A stretch of 49,983 nt of DNA from a virus (Duplodnaviria > Caudoviricetes), in the IMG/VR virus record IMGVR_UViG_3300025769_000189, positions 1 to 49,983 of that record. One strand, given 5' to 3'. The translations under genes were made by a program, and so were the position numbers. The notes under the pieces are model-generated. The model was not told where the DNA came from and ran no database searches. It saw only the letters and a list, made by a program, of their open reading frames with translations. Position 1 is the stretch's first letter. Each line of letters starts with the position of its first letter. Of this stretch, positions 24,510 to 34,591 are shown one piece after another.

Positions 24510-25301
24510 ATGAATCAAACGTCAACTGCAAAAAAACCTAACAATGCACTAGCCGAAGTGTTTTCGTTAGCAGAAGCCAAACAAGGAGACGGGTTATCAA
24601 ACGTCAGTACCAAAGATGTTATGATACCTCGTATCAAACTACTACAAAAGATGTCGCCGGAAACTGATAATGAATCACTTCCGACGGCAAAAGCAGGGCA
24701 GATATTTAATTCTGCATCACAAAATGTGTATGATGGACCTACTGGCATAAGAGTAGTCCCTTGTGAGTACATTCGAACTTACGTTGAGTGGGCTCCAGAA
24801 GGCACAGGTAATAAAGCGCCTGTGAACATACATCCTGCTACTTCAAATGTTATGAGCCTAGCAAAAAAATCTCCTACGGATAATCGTTTCTATTTAGACA
24901 ACGGTAATTATGTAGAAGAGACAGCCAACCACATTGTACTTATCTTAGATGATAACAACAATGTAGAGTCTCGTGGCATACTGACGATGAAATCATCTCA
25001 GTTAAAAAAGTCTCGTCAATGGAATTACATGATGATGACTGCTACAATGGAAGGTGGTGGTAAAACCATAACACCTCCGTCTTATGCAATTGTGTACCGA
25101 TTAAGTACACTGCAAGAAGAAACCAATGGTAAAAAATACTATGGGTGGACTGTAGCAAAAGAAGGTTTTGTTCCTACAAAAGAAATCTTTACGACGGGTG
25201 AAAGTTTTGCTTTAGCTTTCCGTCAAGGAGATGTACTTGCTGCACCAGAGGGTGATGAGCCTAAAAAACTGGAAGCAAGTTCTGGAAAGGAACATTTTTA
25301 G
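24510..25301 (+). CDS. Putative single-stranded DNA-binding protein
   Basis: IPRIKLLQ.MSPE, YVEW, MKSSQLKKSR.WN, acidic C-terminal tail ending in F. Confidence 0.7.
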   Translation: MNQTSTAKKPNNALAEVFSLAEAKQGDGLSNVSTKDVMIPRIKLLQKMSPETDNESLPTAKAGQIFNSASQNVYDGPTGIRVVPCEYIRTYVEWAPEGTGNKAPVNIHPATSNVMSLAKKSPTDNRFYLDNGNYVEETANHIVLILDDNNNVESRGILTMKSSQLKKSRQWNYMMMTATMEGGGKTITPPSYAIVYRLSTLQEETNGKKYYGWTVAKEGFVPTKEIFTTGESFALAFRQGDVLAAPEGDEPKKLEASSGKEHF

Positions 25302-25303
25302 TC

Positions 25304-25429
25304 ACCTGCCGGAAGGGTTAATCGGAGATACATTAGACTTCGTAAGGTGGTAAGGGTTCCGGTAGGTTTTCCTCCCAGAAACAACTCTTCCTATCAAACT
25401 AATGCGGGGCAAGTTTTGTCACTTGCCCC
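25304..25429 (+). other. Structured intergenic element before the primase gene
   Basis: 11-bp stem 25304-14/25357-67, alternative stem 25311-19/25383-91, perfect 9-bp hairpin 25406-14/25421-29. Confidence 0.6.
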
Positions 25430-25450
25430 ACTAAAATTAAAAGGAGAAAC

Positions 25451-26953
25451 ATGGAACGATTTAAAAATATATTTGAAGGACTACACCGGGCTTATGGCAC
25501 ATTCAAGGAAGAAGATCAGGATGAGAACGGGAAGAAAAAAGGGAAAGCTTACATTATTAAAGCACCCGTTACAGACCAGCTTTGGGAAGATCATCTTTCT
25601 GGCAAAGCAAGCTTGGGAATTATTCCTATTCGTGATGATTCAAAATGCAGGTGGGGTTGTATTGATATTGATTCTTATACTTTGGATCATAAACAAATTA
25701 TTGACAAGCTAAATGAATTTAAAATACCACTTGTATGCTGCAGATCTAAAAGTGGTGGAGCACATCTATTTTTATTTCTTACCGACTTTGTTGAAGCCAA
25801 GAAACTTCGTAACAAACTTGTCGAGCTAGCAGGTGAGTTAGGCTATGCTGATTGTGAAGTTTTTCCAAAACAAATTGAGATCCGTGCAGACAGGGGTGAT
25901 ACGGGAAACTTTCTTAATCTGCCTTATTTCGCTGGCGACGACAGTTTTCGTTACGCTTTTACTGATACAGGTCTTAGTTGCACACTGGATAATTTCTATT
26001 CAATCGTGGATAAAAAAGCTGTCGATCCAAAGAATTTATCTAAGATTAAAGTTGTTCGTAGCAACGAAAAGAAACTAGATGAAGGACCACCATGCTTAGA
26101 AACATTAATGAACATGGGCATACCAGAAGGTGGCAGAGATAATGCTTTGTATCAATATGCTGTGTACGCAAAGAAAGCATATCCGGATGCATGGAAAGAT
26201 AAAGTAAATGAATTTAATTCTAAACACATGGACAGACCTCTTGGTTTTTCACAAGTGGAGAAAACAATAAAGCAACATGAGAAAACTGATTATCAATACA
26301 AATGCAAAGATCAACCGATGTGTGCAGTATGTAATGCACCTCTTTGCAAAGCACGAAAGTTTGGAATTGGAGATAACTATGATGTTGTTATTTCTGATCT
26401 TACTAAGTTGGAATCTGACGAGTCTATGTGGTTCTTAAATGTAGATGGTAAGAGGATGTCATTGAACACCGAACAATTATTTGATCAACAAAAATTTAGA
26501 AGAGCGTGTATGGATTATTTAACCATACTACCTATGGCTATGAAAGCTAATGATTGGACTGTAAAGGTCAGAACTCTATTAGAGAATGCAGAGATCATAC
26601 CTGCTAAAGAACATTTTGATACAACAACCTTTGGTAAGTTTGATGAACACTTTGCTACCTTTATTTTTGAGCAGGGGGCAGGGCTCGAGATGGATGAAGT
26701 CATAACCGGGAAATGTTTTACAGAAGAAGGTAAGACTTATTTTAAAATGGTACATCTAGAATCATATCTCAGTAAAAAAAGATTTACAGAAATGAAAACC
26801 ATGCAGATCGTACAAAGATTACGAGACATGGAAGGCGGTTCTACATCAAGAAAAATATTAGGCAAGACAGAGAGACTATGGTTCGTTCCTCAAATACAAA
26901 GAGAAGAAAAATCTTTAAAAAGACCGGAGATAAATGATGCAGCACCTTTCTAA
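25451..26953 (+). CDS. AEP-superfamily primase with PriCT-like domain
   Basis: WGCIDID, RSKSGGAHLFLF, EVFPKQ, GNFLNLPY, GPPCLE...EGGRDNAL. Confidence 0.9.
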   Translation: MERFKNIFEGLHRAYGTFKEEDQDENGKKKGKAYIIKAPVTDQLWEDHLSGKASLGIIPIRDDSKCRWGCIDIDSYTLDHKQIIDKLNEFKIPLVCCRSKSGGAHLFLFLTDFVEAKKLRNKLVELAGELGYADCEVFPKQIEIRADRGDTGNFLNLPYFAGDDSFRYAFTDTGLSCTLDNFYSIVDKKAVDPKNLSKIKVVRSNEKKLDEGPPCLETLMNMGIPEGGRDNALYQYAVYAKKAYPDAWKDKVNEFNSKHMDRPLGFSQVEKTIKQHEKTDYQYKCKDQPMCAVCNAPLCKARKFGIGDNYDVVISDLTKLESDESMWFLNVDGKRMSLNTEQLFDQQKFRRACMDYLTILPMAMKANDWTVKVRTLLENAEIIPAKEHFDTTTFGKFDEHFATFIFEQGAGLEMDEVITGKCFTEEGKTYFKMVHLESYLSKKRFTEMKTMQIVQRLRDMEGGSTSRKILGKTERLWFVPQIQREEKSLKRPEINDAAPF

Positions 26954-28580
26954 AAAATTTCCATTAGAAATACAAAGCACAAGTAAAGAAGAGATACGCT
27001 CGTACTTTGAAAATAAAACAACAACTATCTTTGGACCACCAGGTACAGGTAAGACTCATACTTTATTAAGCATTGTAGAAAAACATTTAGATGAAGGTTA
27101 CCGGCCGGAAGAAATAGGTTACTTTGCTTACACTAAGAAAGCAGCTAACGAAGCAATTGATAGGGCTACAAGTAAGTTTGAATATGAAGAAAAAGATTTT
27201 GAATGGTTTAGAACTTTACACAGCATGGCTTTTAAACAATTAAATTTAACTACTAAAAGTGTAATGAAAGACAGGGACTACAAAATTCTTGGTAAGACTT
27301 TACAAATAAAAGAATTTTTAAATGCAAATAATCAAATAGAAGATAATGGACAAAGTATGCAGAAAAATCCTTTTATGCGTATAATAGAATTAGCAAGAAA
27401 CAATATGGTAAACATAGATACACAATGGAGAAGATCTAATGAACATGTAGAAGGTGGTTTTTTAGAATTAGAAAGAATATATGACACATATGTAGATTAC
27501 AAAATAGAACATGAGCTTTATGATTTTAATGACATGTTATTAGAATTAGTAAATGAGGGTGTTGTTCCCTCATTGCCAGTCATCATAATAGATGAGGCTC
27601 AAGATTTAAGTATGCTTCAATGGTACGCTGTTATTCTTTTAGCGAAAAGCACAAAACATATTTACATAGCCGGCGATGATGATCAAGCAATATTTAAATG
27701 GGCAGGTGCAATACCAGAAATGTTAATGCGCACACCTGGTAACAAAAAGGTTTTAAATCAATCATTTAGGATACCAAAAAGAGTGTATGATGTGGCAGAA
27801 TCAGTAGCAAATAAAATTAAAGTTAGAGTAAAAAAAGAATGGTCACCAACGTCAATGACAGGTGATGTAGCACATTATTCTTCTATAGAATATGTTCCGT
27901 TTAATAAAGATGGTGAGTACTATGTGTTAGCACGAACTAAATATGTATTACAAAAAGTTGAAGAATATTTTAAACGAGAAGGAATAATTTACAATAGGTT
28001 TAATAAAAATAAATCTATATCAGAGAAAGTTTGTTACGCTATAAACTGTTGGAACAAGTTAGTTAATGGAGATACTATATCTTTAGGCGGAGCAAAGAAT
28101 ATGTACAAATACATACCAGGAGATGGTCCTATCAAAAGAGGATTTAAAACTTGGGACAAAGCTTTGGAAGATGACGTTGTTGTTAGTTACAATGATTTAG
28201 TTAATAATCACGGGTTACGAGTTCCTAAAAATTTAGCCTGGAATGATGTATTAACATTAATAAATGAAGATATTATCTTATATATTCGTAAATGTGAGAG
28301 AAGAGGTCAAGATATAAATGCTATACCTAAGATAAAAATACTTACAATTCATGGATCGAAGGGTGGCGAAGCTGACAATGTTGTGTTATTATCCGAGTTA
28401 TCTCGTAAATCACATACGAGTTTGTTAAAAAATGGAGACGATGAGAGAAGAGTTTTTTATACAGGAATTACTAGAACTAAAAAGAATTTGTTTTTGGTTC
28501 GGTCATCTAACGATTATGAATATTCAGAGATGTTTTTGAGACAAAACTTTGGATTAAATAGGAGAGAATATGCCGACTGA
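26934..28580 (+). CDS. UvrD/Rep-like SF1 helicase
   Basis: GPPGTGKT, FRTLHS, IIDEAQDLS, AGDDDQAIF, TIHGSKGGEADNV, YTGITR. Confidence 0.93.
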   Translation: MMQHLSKKFPLEIQSTSKEEIRSYFENKTTTIFGPPGTGKTHTLLSIVEKHLDEGYRPEEIGYFAYTKKAANEAIDRATSKFEYEEKDFEWFRTLHSMAFKQLNLTTKSVMKDRDYKILGKTLQIKEFLNANNQIEDNGQSMQKNPFMRIIELARNNMVNIDTQWRRSNEHVEGGFLELERIYDTYVDYKIEHELYDFNDMLLELVNEGVVPSLPVIIIDEAQDLSMLQWYAVILLAKSTKHIYIAGDDDQAIFKWAGAIPEMLMRTPGNKKVLNQSFRIPKRVYDVAESVANKIKVRVKKEWSPTSMTGDVAHYSSIEYVPFNKDGEYYVLARTKYVLQKVEEYFKREGIIYNRFNKNKSISEKVCYAINCWNKLVNGDTISLGGAKNMYKYIPGDGPIKRGFKTWDKALEDDVVVSYNDLVNNHGLRVPKNLAWNDVLTLINEDIILYIRKCERRGQDINAIPKIKILTIHGSKGGEADNVVLLSELSRKSHTSLLKNGDDERRVFYTGITRTKKNLFLVRSSNDYEYSEMFLRQNFGLNRREYAD

Positions 28581-29445
28581 AAGAAGTAAAAAATATCCAG
28601 GAGACTTAAACATTATAAGTTTAGGAGCAGGTGTACAGTCATCCATGATGGCTCTTGCCTTTAGTAGAGGTGAGTTTGAAGTTAAGCCAGGAGGATCTGG
28701 TAAAATAGATTTTGCTATTTTTGCTGACACACAAAACGAAGGTGATGGAACATATAAATGGTTGGACTATTTAGAGAAACAATTAACTTTTCCAGTGATC
28801 CGGGTGACATGGGGCAATCTTCAAGAAGATGTAGAAAATTATATAGACAACGGCGTCTATAAAAGAGGAGCATCAATACCTTTTTTCTTAGTAGGATTAG
28901 ATGGCAAGAAAGGTTTAGCGAACCGTAGATGTACATCTACATATAAAATAGAACAGATAGAACAAGGAATAAGACGAGAGTATGGTCTTAAAAAAGGACA
29001 GAGATGGCCTAAAGGTATGGTAGTTAATCAATACTTAGGTATCTCTTACGATGAAATATTTAGAATGAAAACATTTGAGAAAGCCTCTTATCGTTTTCAC
29101 TATCCTCTTGTTGATAAAAAGATAACTAGGATGGATTGTTTTAAATGGATGGAAGAGAGACAGTATCCAAAGCCTGCAAAAAGTGCATGCGTTTATTGTC
29201 CTTACCATGACAATAAGTTCTGGAAAGAAATGAGAGATGAACGACCTAAAGAGTGGAAACAGTGTGTTGACTTTGATAAAAAAGTTAGAAACGCAGGACC
29301 TGCATTAGGTTTATCACGAGCTAAAGAACTATACATACACGCACAAAGAATACCTTTAGATAAAGTAGATTTAGATAAAGGTTCAGATCAACCAAGTTTA
29401 TTTGGAGATATGGCTGATGAGTGTGAAGGTATGTGTGGAGTATAG
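28570..29445 (+). CDS. PAPS-reductase-like adenine-nucleotide alpha-hydrolase (PP-loop) protein
   Basis: SLGAGVQS PP-loop, FADT..E, R.CT..YKI, GIS.DE..R, YPL, SACVYCPYH, C-terminal ECEGMCG. Confidence 0.8.
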   Translation: MPTERSKKYPGDLNIISLGAGVQSSMMALAFSRGEFEVKPGGSGKIDFAIFADTQNEGDGTYKWLDYLEKQLTFPVIRVTWGNLQEDVENYIDNGVYKRGASIPFFLVGLDGKKGLANRRCTSTYKIEQIEQGIRREYGLKKGQRWPKGMVVNQYLGISYDEIFRMKTFEKASYRFHYPLVDKKITRMDCFKWMEERQYPKPAKSACVYCPYHDNKFWKEMRDERPKEWKQCVDFDKKVRNAGPALGLSRAKELYIHAQRIPLDKVDLDKGSDQPSLFGDMADECEGMCGV

Positions 29446-29454
29446 GAGAGAAAG

Positions 29455-29649
29455 ATGACTAGAGAAGAAGCTTTTGAACACAGTTTAAAAAAATGCAAAG
29501 ACTTAATAGGTTTTGAAATAAATCATGTATCAACAGAAGTGATTAAAGGTTTACCTATTATAAAATTACAAATGAGGAAAGGAGTAGAGTACCAAGACAT
29601 TTTGATTACGAGTAATCAAAAAGGAACTAAAGCCGGTTACATTAAATAA
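29455..29649 (+). CDS. Hypothetical protein
   Basis: 64-aa ORF with AGGAG RBS. Confidence 0.65.
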   Translation: MTREEAFEHSLKKCKDLIGFEINHVSTEVIKGLPIIKLQMRKGVEYQDILITSNQKGTKAGYIK

Positions 29650-29660
29650 CAAGGAGAAAT

Positions 29661-31541
29661 ATGGCTGAAATAGAATGGGTACCTCCTAGTGAGATACCAG
29701 AATTAGTATATGAAGCAGATGTAGTTGCTATTGATTTAGAAACACATGATCCAGATATAAAAACAAAAGGTCCAGGTTGGGCTACAAACAATGGTAAAGT
29801 TATTGGCGTTGCAATTGCAGCTAATGGTTGGAAAGGATACTTTCCTGTAGGTCATGAAAAAGGACCTAACATTGATGAAAGAATATTTAAAAGAAATTTT
29901 AAAAAGATTTTAGATAAAGATAACATAAAAGTTTTTCATAACGCTATGTATGATGTTGGTTGGATGCGTCAGTGGGGACTAGAAGTTAAAGGAACTATTG
30001 TTGACACAATGATAGCTGCTCCTTTGATTGATGAGAATAGATTTAGATACTCATTAAATGAATTATCAAAAGATTATTTAAAAGAAAAAAAATATGAGTC
30101 AGGTTTATATGAAGCCGCAGCTCAGTGGGGAACTGATGCCAAAGGTGAGATGCATAAATTACCTGCTATGATAGTTGGTCCTTACGCAGAAAAAGATGCA
30201 GAGCTTACTTTAAAGTTATGGAACATATTTAAATTACAAATAAAAGAAGATGAACTTCAACAGGTGTTTGAATTAGAAACTAAATTGTTTCCTGTTTTAT
30301 TTGAAATGAAATCAAAGGGAGTGAGGGTAGATCTTGACAGAGCAGAAAGTATTAAGAAAAATTTTAAGAATACAGAGAAGAAGATACTTGATAAAATATT
30401 ACAAGATACGGGCGTTGCAGTTGACATTTGGGCTGCGGCAAGCGTTGCGAAAGCTTTTGACTCGGCGGGTATAAAATATGAAAGAACTGCTAAGAGTAAA
30501 CAACCTAAGTTTGATAAAGGTTTTTTATCTAACCATCCTTCAGATTTAGCTCGTATGGTTGTAGAAGCCAGAGAGATAAACAAAGCTAGCACTACTTTTA
30601 TTGATACATTATTAAAACATTCACATAATGGTAGGATACATGCAGAGATACATCAATTGCGTGGGGATAAAGGAGGCACTGTATCGGGTAGACTAAGTAT
30701 GTCGAATCCTAATTTACAACAGATACCTGCAAGACATCCTACAATTGGACCTGCAATAAGAAGTTTATTTATTCCTGAAGAAGGAGAACAGTGGGGAGCC
30801 TTTGACTATTCACAGCAAGAGCCACGAATCATTGTTCATCACGCAGTATTGCATGATCTTCCTGGAGCAAAAGAAGTTGCTAACGCTTACATAAATGACC
30901 CTACTACAGACTTTCATCAAAAAGTTGCTGAGATGGCAAACATAGATCGTAAAAAAGCTAAAACAATTAATCTTGGTTTATCTTATGGCATGGGCCAGGG
31001 GAAGTTAGCCACGGAGCTTGGTCTTAATGAACAAGATGCTATAGACTTGTTTAAAGAATATCACAGTAGTGTTCCTTTTATAAGACAACTTAAAAGTATG
31101 GCAACTCAACAAGCAAGTAGACGTGGGGAGAACAAAGGTTTTGTTAGAACAATAATGAAAAGAAAATGTCGTTTTAATTTATGGGAGCCAGACACCCCAT
31201 TTAAAAAAAGAAAACCAGGAGATGTTATACAATTTAATCAACCTCTTCCAAAGCAGCAGGCTGAAGATGAGTACGGTCCGGCTATACGAAGAGCTTTTAC
31301 TTACACTGCTTTTAATAGAATCATACAAGGTTCAGCTGCAGATCAAACCAAACAAGCAATGATAGATCTTCATGCTGAAGGAATAACACCAATGATACAG
31401 ATACATGATGAGATAGCTGTATCTGTTCGTGATCATCAAACAGCTAAAAAAATTGTAGATATCATGGAGAATGCATGTCAGTTAAAAGTACCTAGTAAAG
31501 TAGATGCTGAGTTAGGAAAGAACTGGGGAGACTCAATGTGA
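29661..31541 (+). CDS. polA: Family A DNA polymerase with 3'-5' exonuclease
   Basis: IDLET, HNAMYD, GRLSMSNPNLQQIP, DYSQQEPR (motif A), AKTINLGLSYG (motif B), IQGSAAD, QIHDE (motif C). Confidence 0.97.
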   Translation: MAEIEWVPPSEIPELVYEADVVAIDLETHDPDIKTKGPGWATNNGKVIGVAIAANGWKGYFPVGHEKGPNIDERIFKRNFKKILDKDNIKVFHNAMYDVGWMRQWGLEVKGTIVDTMIAAPLIDENRFRYSLNELSKDYLKEKKYESGLYEAAAQWGTDAKGEMHKLPAMIVGPYAEKDAELTLKLWNIFKLQIKEDELQQVFELETKLFPVLFEMKSKGVRVDLDRAESIKKNFKNTEKKILDKILQDTGVAVDIWAAASVAKAFDSAGIKYERTAKSKQPKFDKGFLSNHPSDLARMVVEAREINKASTTFIDTLLKHSHNGRIHAEIHQLRGDKGGTVSGRLSMSNPNLQQIPARHPTIGPAIRSLFIPEEGEQWGAFDYSQQEPRIIVHHAVLHDLPGAKEVANAYINDPTTDFHQKVAEMANIDRKKAKTINLGLSYGMGQGKLATELGLNEQDAIDLFKEYHSSVPFIRQLKSMATQQASRRGENKGFVRTIMKRKCRFNLWEPDTPFKKRKPGDVIQFNQPLPKQQAEDEYGPAIRRAFTYTAFNRIIQGSAADQTKQAMIDLHAEGITPMIQIHDEIAVSVRDHQTAKKIVDIMENACQLKVPSKVDAELGKNWGDSM

Positions 31542-32197
31542 GTGTATCTATATCTAAAATTTTACAAGTATTAGATAATCCTGAAGCTTTACAAAACTGG
31601 AGAGAAAGAGTTGGTCATGAAGAAGCAGAAAGAATAAGCAAACGTTCTTCTACTATAGGTACAGCTATGCATAAGTTTCTTGAACATTGGATTGGTGATG
31701 ACAAAGATTGTGTTGATCTAACAGAAGAAGGTATCTTGGGCAGAAAAATGGCACAACAAATTTATGATCATGCAATTAAACATAAGCTAGAAGATTGTTG
31801 GCATATGGAATCTAAATTAAAATTTGGAGATCATTATCATGGTAGATTAGATTTAGCTGGTATTTATTATCATCAACCTGTTGTTATAGATTTTAAACAA
31901 TCAAACAAACCTAAAAGAAAAGAATGGTGTTGGAAGTATATGTGTCAGTTAGCAGCTTATGTGCTAGCACATAATAGCACATTCCCTAATAGACCTAAGA
32001 TAAAAAAAGGTATTGTATTGATGTGTTCACAAAATCTACACCTACAAAAATTTGAATTAGAAGGCCAAGAATTAATAAAAGCTTGGAATCATTTTAAAAG
32101 TGCGATACGCTTCTGCAAAGATAATGATATCTACGAAATCACACCAAAGCATTTCGATAAGATAAATATATTTAGAAGTAAATTAGGACTTAGATGA
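31538..32197 (+). CDS. PD-(D/E)XK (Cas4/MGME1-like) exonuclease
   Basis: L..WR.RVG..EA, GT.MH..LE, G.LDL, VIDFKQS.KPK, QLAAY..A; GTG start. Confidence 0.88.
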   Translation: MSVSISKILQVLDNPEALQNWRERVGHEEAERISKRSSTIGTAMHKFLEHWIGDDKDCVDLTEEGILGRKMAQQIYDHAIKHKLEDCWHMESKLKFGDHYHGRLDLAGIYYHQPVVIDFKQSNKPKRKEWCWKYMCQLAAYVLAHNSTFPNRPKIKKGIVLMCSQNLHLQKFELEGQELIKAWNHFKSAIRFCKDNDIYEITPKHFDKINIFRSKLGLR

Positions 32198-32412
32198 TTA
32201 AAATATGGTTATTAATTTCAATGGTGTCTATGCCAGGTTGGCCTTCAGTAAAACATAATGCTGAAGTTTGGTTTGATGAAACTAAATGTGAAAACAGACG
32301 CATTGAAGTAGAAAACAAATTATATGATATTGCTTCGATGCAAGGACATGAAGTTTTATTTGTACAAACTTGGTGTTTAGAATCTGATATGTTTGTTCTT
32401 ATAGGTTCTTGA
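32194..32412 (+). CDS. Small exported protein
   Basis: Hydrophobic N-terminus and two Cys; ATGA-coupled. Confidence 0.65.
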   Translation: MIKIWLLISMVSMPGWPSVKHNAEVWFDETKCENRRIEVENKLYDIASMQGHEVLFVQTWCLESDMFVLIGS

Positions 32413-32618
32413 TAAAAATAATTTTATTTTGCATTACAATTTTAATATGTGTAGGTGCCTTTATTTATTTTTCACCTTACCAAACGTTCATGCGTGACTG
32501 TCGTGTCGATGATTTTTTAGGTGGAGACATGAGTGATGAGTATTGTACATGGTTGTACAATGAATTTAGAAAAACCAAACCCATTACAGAGCTATTTTAC
32601 CTTAAATGCACGCTATAG
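32409..32618 (+). CDS. Small membrane-anchored protein
   Basis: N-terminal transmembrane segment then YFSPYQ...C...C. Confidence 0.65.
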   Translation: MIKIILFCITILICVGAFIYFSPYQTFMRDCRVDDFLGGDMSDEYCTWLYNEFRKTKPITELFYLKCTL

Positions 32619-32632
32619 TTGTTTTTTTACAC

Positions 32633-32701
32633 ACCAGAACAAAAACATAGTTTTCTGGTACAATTACCCTACCGACCCCTAAACTTTGCATTGTAGGGGT
32701 C
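32633..32701. terminator. Paired hairpins at the convergence of the replication and late operons
   Basis: ACCAGAA/TTCTGGT (32633-32659) and GACCCCTA/TAGGGGTC (32674-32701). Confidence 0.55.
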
Positions 32702-32721
32702 ATTACGGGATAAAAATTTCT

Positions 32722-32892
32722 TTACTTCTTGGTTCTACCGCCTGATTTACGTCTTGTAGCTGCAGTTTTACCTCCAGCCTTTCTTTTGGTAGCTCCTCCT
32801 TTTTTGTATCCTTCGTTTTGACGAATCTCTTTATCAACTCTTCTAATTTCATCTTTTTCATTCATGATATGTTTAGTTCTACTACTTTTCAT
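32722..32892 (-). CDS. Small basic protein with three xxxGG repeats (not in ORF track)
   Basis: MKSSRTKHIMNEKDEIRRVDKEIRQNEGYKKGGATKRKAGGKTAATRRKSGGRTKK; ATGA-coupled. Confidence 0.7.
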   Translation of the reverse strand: MKSSRTKHIMNEKDEIRRVDKEIRQNEGYKKGGATKRKAGGKTAATRRKSGGRTKK

Positions 32893-33107
32893 TTAGACAT
32901 CCTTTCAAGTTTTTTATTAATATTAATAACTTCGTTCTCAATGACAGCAATGCGTGTTTCTATTTTAGTAAAAATTTGTATTGCTGTTTCCATACGATCT
33001 AAGTCTGTTTCCATAGCCGTAACTCTTTGACTTGTCATACCCCAGGTAGCGCCTAAGGCAACAAAAACTCCTACGAGCCAAACACTGTCTTTAAAGGTAA
33101 AGTTCAT
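32889..33107 (-). CDS. Membrane-anchored coiled-coil protein
   Basis: N-terminal transmembrane segment then heptad repeats. Confidence 0.7.
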   Translation of the reverse strand: MNFTFKDSVWLVGVFVALGATWGMTSQRVTAMETDLDRMETAIQIFTKIETRIAVIENEVININKKLERMSK

Positions 33108-34591
33108 ACTCCCATTAATCCTTCCTGATCTTGTATATCTACTATACCTAACATCTGAGCTGCTGTTTTAGGAGCATACTGTTGTGGCCTAGTATTACCT
33201 CCCATGTTTCTTTCAAGAACAGATAGTGGTGTTTTATTAAATGAATTCATTAATGGATCTTGTGGTGTCATCTGAGGAAATAATCCTCCACCATTATTAT
33301 ATTCGTATCCTTGATTATGAAAATCTCTCATGTTTTTCATATCTTGAAAAGCTTCTGATTGCGGATCCATTCCTGCAGCTGTTCCTGTATATCCAAATTT
33401 ATTTACATTAGTAGGAATACTTTGATCCATCATATTTGCAAAAGGCATTAAACCAAAACCATCTGTGTTTAATTTTTCTTGAGCTGCTTTTTTATAAGGA
33501 TTAGTTGAGCCATAAATATTGTATTGATCAAATAAATCTAAAGGATCTCCCATTGCTAAATTTTCTCTAAATTTATTTTCTCCTGTTAAAGGTCCTTGAA
33601 CGTCTGCAACTTCTTCTGTTGCCATTACTCCTTGATTATTACTTGTTAAGCTAGATACATAATCTTTGATGTCCTCCATCTTATCCATAGCAAGATCTTT
33701 ACCTTGTCCCAATACCTGACTTAATATGTTTCCTAAAATTCCACCTTTTTTAATGTAATTTTCTATTAAAGAACTTGGTCCTTTTGTAAATCCTGCATCG
33801 TAAAATCTTTCGTCTCCTCCTCTTACTCTAATTTTTTCTAAAAAATCAGAATATTCTTTTCCATCCATTCCAGATTGTTCTCTAAAATCAACAATCTCTT
33901 CCATGTCAATACCGCCTGTTCCAGCACTATCTACAATTTGATTGTATTTATCTTCATTGTTTTGATTAATTGTAGAAGAACTTGGTGAAGTATTTATTGT
34001 ATTGTTATTGTCATTAAAAGGATTGCTTGGACCCGTGTTATAGTTGCTTGGAGAAGAACTAGATGTTGCTGCAAATGCTTCAAAAGCCTCTTCATCAGGA
34101 CCCTCATTTAATTGAGAAAAAGGATTACCTCCTGGTGCAAACTTCATTGTGCCACCATTAGCTTTATGTCCAGGAGTGCTTTTTTCATCTTCAGTCAAAA
34201 ATCTTTCAAGAACATTATTATATTTTTGATATTGTTGAGGATGTCTTATATCTTCAGTTTCACTAAAAGAAAAAGTTGTAGGATTACCATCTACATCATA
34301 ATCATATGTAGTTCCTTCGGTTAAAACTTCTTCCCCAACCATTTTATTATCATCTGTTACATTTCGTGCTTGTTCCATTAATTCTGCAATGCCTGATAAT
34401 TTACTACCTGCGTTTTCTCCAAATTTAAGTAATAACATTTCAATTAATTCTTTAAGTCCAGATTGTCCGGCGCCTTTACCAATTCCTCTTCCCATTGCAT
34501 TCATTTGATTGTCTGTCATATCAACTGTGTTACTACCTTCACGAACCGCTCTTGCTTCACCTTCTGTTAAATATAATTTATTATCAGCCAT
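33104..34591 (-). CDS. Putative internal virion/ejection protein
   Basis: 495 aa, low complexity, acidic, several xxxGG motifs; last large gene of the ejection cluster. Confidence 0.65.
   Translation of the reverse strand: MADNKLYLTEGEARAVREGSNTVDMTDNQMNAMGRGIGKGAGQSGLKELIEMLLLKFGENAGSKLSGIAELMEQARNVTDDNKMVGEEVLTEGTTYDYDVDGNPTTFSFSETEDIRHPQQYQKYNNVLERFLTEDEKSTPGHKANGGTMKFAPGGNPFSQLNEGPDEEAFEAFAATSSSSPSNYNTGPSNPFNDNNNTINTSPSSSTINQNNEDKYNQIVDSAGTGGIDMEEIVDFREQSGMDGKEYSDFLEKIRVRGGDERFYDAGFTKGPSSLIENYIKKGGILGNILSQVLGQGKDLAMDKMEDIKDYVSSLTSNNQGVMATEEVADVQGPLTGENKFRENLAMGDPLDLFDQYNIYGSTNPYKKAAQEKLNTDGFGLMPFANMMDQSIPTNVNKFGYTGTAAGMDPQSEAFQDMKNMRDFHNQGYEYNNGGGLFPQMTPQDPLMNSFNKTPLSVLERNMGGNTRPQQYAPKTAAQMLGIVDIQDQEGLMGV

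Noticed and set aside
25347-25712. 121-aa ORF overlapping the primase start
   Set aside because: Out-of-frame shadow of the primase gene and the structured intergenic element; no recognisable motifs.
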